DNA from: Amoebophrya sp. A120
Taxonomy: Eukaryota > Protista > Dinoflagellata
Assembly: GCA_905178155.1 (NCBI GenBank)
Contig: CAJINV010000005.1
Location: 2,358,054 to 2,422,053 of the forward strand
Length of the DNA: 64,000 nucleotides
Direction: 5' to 3'
The translations under genes were made by a program, and so were the position numbers. A model generated the notes under the pieces. The model did not search any database. It was not told the DNA's origin and saw only the letters and a program-made list of their open reading frames with translations. Positions 61,101 to 64,000 of the stretch are shown here, one piece after another; within the stretch, counting starts at the first letter, position 1, and every line of letters begins with the position of its first letter.

Positions 61101-64000
61101 ATTTTGGTGTGCTGCCAGTACGTGCTCCGCCTCCAACCCACATCACCGGGACCCTTCTCACTTTGATTCGCGCCCAGAAACATCGCCAACGGGGTGCGGT
61201 TCTGGTAAGGTTTTCACCGGTGTGCGGAGTTTGTGTCAATTACGGGTATGCACATAAAGCCTCAACTTAAGCCCGCTGCGTTGCGTGCGGCTCTTATATG
61301 GCGGATGCGTTTCGAGTAGTGGCCGTTTCTGACGACGAGCGTAGCTGTATCCGGCGGCGATCCAGGGAAGCCCGCCACCAAAACGACCCGGAGCCCCGCG
61401 TGTCGCAACACGAGTGGAATTGATATCGGGCTGGCCGATGCGAAACGTCGGCGATTTTTTCGACCATTACAGAGTGGGGATGCTTTCAAAATCGTGCTTT
61501 TTTGCAATTTGCGATTCAACACACCTCCGAGATGGTTGAAGAATGACGTCAAAAATGACGTCTCCAAAAATCCACACTGCAAGCGGGGCTTGCCTCTGCC
61601 AAGACCCTTCCTCGGAGACCTCTCCGGGAGAGGTCAAAGTTGGCCTTTTCTAAAGGGGAAGAACTTGTGGGACTTTTTATGATGAAATCGGTCCGCGACT
61701 GGCGGTAAAGAGCACGCAGATACCTTACCGCAGCATCCTCGCAAGGCTGCCCGCGCCATCATTGGCTTCGTATTCTTAAGTGGGGAGGATATGCAGGCCG
61801 GAAAAAACCAAAAGTTTCCAGCGCGCCTGACCAAGACCGGCTTCCGATGTTTTCGCCCATGTCTTGAAAGGAAACCCACACACCAAAGTAGCGAGCCCAA
61901 GGCGGGGCCTATCTGGATTCTTCAGAAGGATTGCACTGCCGCACAACGCTGGGCGCCCTACCTGAGGCACTTGGCGCAGCAAATATCGTCGGGGCCGATT
62001 CGCGACGCGCCTGCTGGCGGGCCCCGTGCCGGTTTCATGGTCACCTAGGGCCGGGCCAGGGCCTGGATCATCTACACAAACAAGGAGCAAACAGCTCTAA
62101 TTTAACCTACCTCTTCAATCAAATTGGCATCCTGGGTTAGCTAGTTCAAGTTGGGACTCCATCTAGATGGTTCAACATGATATCAATTCTGGGCACCGCC
62201 TTCAAAGTCACCTGTGCCGTTTCCCGATGACGACGCTTCCGCACTCGAATCGCGAGCGGAAAGTTGCTATTTAAAAGCTTTGAAGAGATTTTTTTGAATA
62301 AAAAATTAGATAATCGTTCAGACGGTCCCATATCCACCACTTTGCAGCCACCGAACAAAACCGCGGGCGCGATCGACTATTCCACCACGAAATTTGAGTG
62401 CAAAAAGTGCCCGGAGGACAGACCCACAAGCCCGCCAAAGTCAAAATCCATCACGTTTTGTGCGAAGACTGGGAAGCAAACTTTGAAAATGGATGTCTCC
62501 GTGAAGGACCCGAGCATTTTTGACGAACCGAAAACGGTCGAAGCGATTTTGGCGACTATGAAGGCTGACGGCGTTTTTGGGGAAAAGGACAGTTATGAGG
62601 CGACGTTGGACGTGGTGAAGCCTCCTGCCATGGCGCTGCTGCAAAAAGACACCAGGACTGATGTTCTTGAAAAGCAGCTTGCGGAACAACAGACATCGAG
62701 CGAGGAAATTGTAGACCGAGATAGGGATTTGCGAAGTACTTCTTATCCGTCGTATGACTCATCATCGCAGCCGGAAGGTGGCACGGCTGCACGGCCGGAA
62801 GATGGAGAACAATTTTCGAATTATGCAGCAGCCGCAGCTTCCACCGAACGCGAACCTGACCTCGCGTCGCTTCTCGGCGCGGACTACGACCCAAACGACC
62901 CGCTAGTCGCCGACCAGCTTCCCTCGCAATTTTTGCAAGTTAGCTCGAGTTCCACAACCTCCTCCGAAGCAAGGACGATTCTAACGCTGATTTTCACGGT
63001 GATAAACCAGCTTCCCCCCCTCGAGTACCCGGCAATTCAAGTCGCGTCTGGGTCAACTGGAAAGCCGTACCCCACGTTGCAGAAAGCGTTTCGCCTAATC
63101 TTCCCGCCGGAGGTTTATAATACCATTCAGATCAAGTTGCCGTTCGTCACTTGTGAGCCGGGTTTTGGGCAATCAGCGACGACGAACATGTGCGAAGTCT
63201 GCGCCCCCGGGTTTTTCGGCCCGGGCGGGTTGAGCCCGGGCTTGTGTCAAGTTTGCTCCGCACGGAAAACGAGCAACGCGGGCTCCGCGTTCTCGGATGC
63301 GGACTGCTACGGGGGGTGCGAACCGGGAAACGGGGTCAACTTTGCAACGAACAAATGCGAGCCTTGCAAACCGAACCTCTACTCCCCGGGTGGGAACGTG
63401 GAATGCAGCGAGTGCCCCCTCGGCATGACCAGTCCGGAAGGCGCGGGGTCGCTCCGGGACTGCACGGCGGCGTGCGAGCCCGGTTTCGGGGTCGCCGGCG
63501 CGACCTGCCAACTCTGCCCAAGTGGAACGTTCTCCGCGGGCGGGACGGATCCCTGCGAGCCCTGCCCCGCCGGATCCACGACGAACACGACGGGGTCCAC
63601 CAGCTCCGGGCAGTGCGGGCAATGCGGCCCGGAGTTCTGCAACTACCGAGGGCAGGCGACGGGGAACATTTGGAATTTGGACAACGGGGGCTGCCAGTGC
63701 AAATGCGAAACCGGGTACTCGGCCATGACGAACTGCGGCAGCTGCACCCAAGGGTACGAGAAGGATTCCACCGGTGCTTGCAGACCCTCCAGCGAGCGGT
63801 GCACGGTGAAAAGAAGTTGCAATAACCGCGGCGTCCCAATCAAACAGTGGAAAGATAGCACAGACACCCTCGAGCCCTGCCAGTGCATGTGCAAGGATAA
63901 CCGCTTGGACCCAACCACCAACTGCCTCTCCTGCAAAGCCTCGACCAACCTGAATCCGGAGGAAAACTGCGAGAACTGCATGGTGCCCCAACAGGACCGA
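55192..64000 (+). CDS. Giant secreted/surface protein with GCC2-GCC3/ephrin-receptor-like Cys repeats and EGF-like repeats; runs off the window end
   Basis: Repeats such as CRVCPIGFYS-CTKCPIDMTTQVKGAQDVNAC and CQLCPSGTFSAGGTDPCEPCPAGSTT. The frame is restored at elements 56499, 57486, 57793, 58471 and 60829, and the + frame stays open after 62338. Confidence 0.75.
56499..56783. mobile_element. Family B2 element, 285 bp
   Basis: B TIRs; repeat acatc/gcatc. Confidence 0.92.
57486..57747. mobile_element. Family A element, 262 bp
   Basis: A TIRs; direct repeat tcaaa. Confidence 0.95.
57793..58072. mobile_element. Family B1 element, 280 bp
   Basis: B TIRs; direct repeat ggtgc. Confidence 0.95.
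58471..58749. mobile_element. Family B2 element, 279 bp
   Basis: B TIRs; direct repeat gtcgg. Confidence 0.95.
60829..62332. mobile_element. Family F large TAT...ATA element, 1504 bp
   Basis: ~43-bp TIR tatgggaccgtctga(g/a)cgattatctaattttttattcaaaaaa; direct repeat tccac; no recognisable internal ORF. Confidence 0.92.

Noticed and set aside
60896-62280. Transposase inside family F
   Set aside because: Only short ORFs (about 105 aa or less) with no recognisable DDE or other catalytic motif.
4656-63991. Long minus-strand ORFs (e.g. 4656-5528, 38563-39285, 50281-51123, 63173-63991)
   Set aside because: Antisense shadows of GC-rich + strand exons with no independent domain signal.
540-64000. 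Treating the interrupted genes as transposon-killed pseudogenes
   Set aside because: Frames and conserved motifs are intact across multiple insertions of different ages, which decay would not preserve. Expression is still unproven.

Overview
This is eukaryotic, intron-rich genomic DNA. The architecture points, by inference, to an Amoebophrya-like syndinian dinoflagellate parasite. I can reconstruct about nine protein-coding genes, all on the + strand: two ERD2/KDEL-receptor-like paralogues, a CHFR-like FHA-RING E3 ligase, an ankyrin-like protein, one hypothetical protein and four very large modular secreted/surface proteins, one containing a class I SAM methyltransferase domain. Besides ordinary GT-AG introns, the coding sequences are interrupted by about 40 non-autonomous, TIR-bounded elements from about ten families with unrelated TIRs (my labels A-J). 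Nearly all begin TAT, end ATA and are flanked by a 5-bp target-site duplication. Removing the element plus one repeat copy restores the host reading frame wherever I could check it, although GT-AG ends are almost never possible. Introner-like non-canonical introns have been described in Amoebophrya. What stands out here is a grammar shared across families: TAT-N7-AAAA(A) ends, a repeated internal 9-mer TTGT(C/G/A)ATGC at 31-33 nt spacing and in dyads, and the same subfamily lying in either orientation in + strand genes. This suggests one orientation-independent removal machinery. Other mobile DNA is nested inside these elements. I found no transposase, rRNA, tRNA or CRISPR array. Gene models were assembled by hand and have no transcript support.
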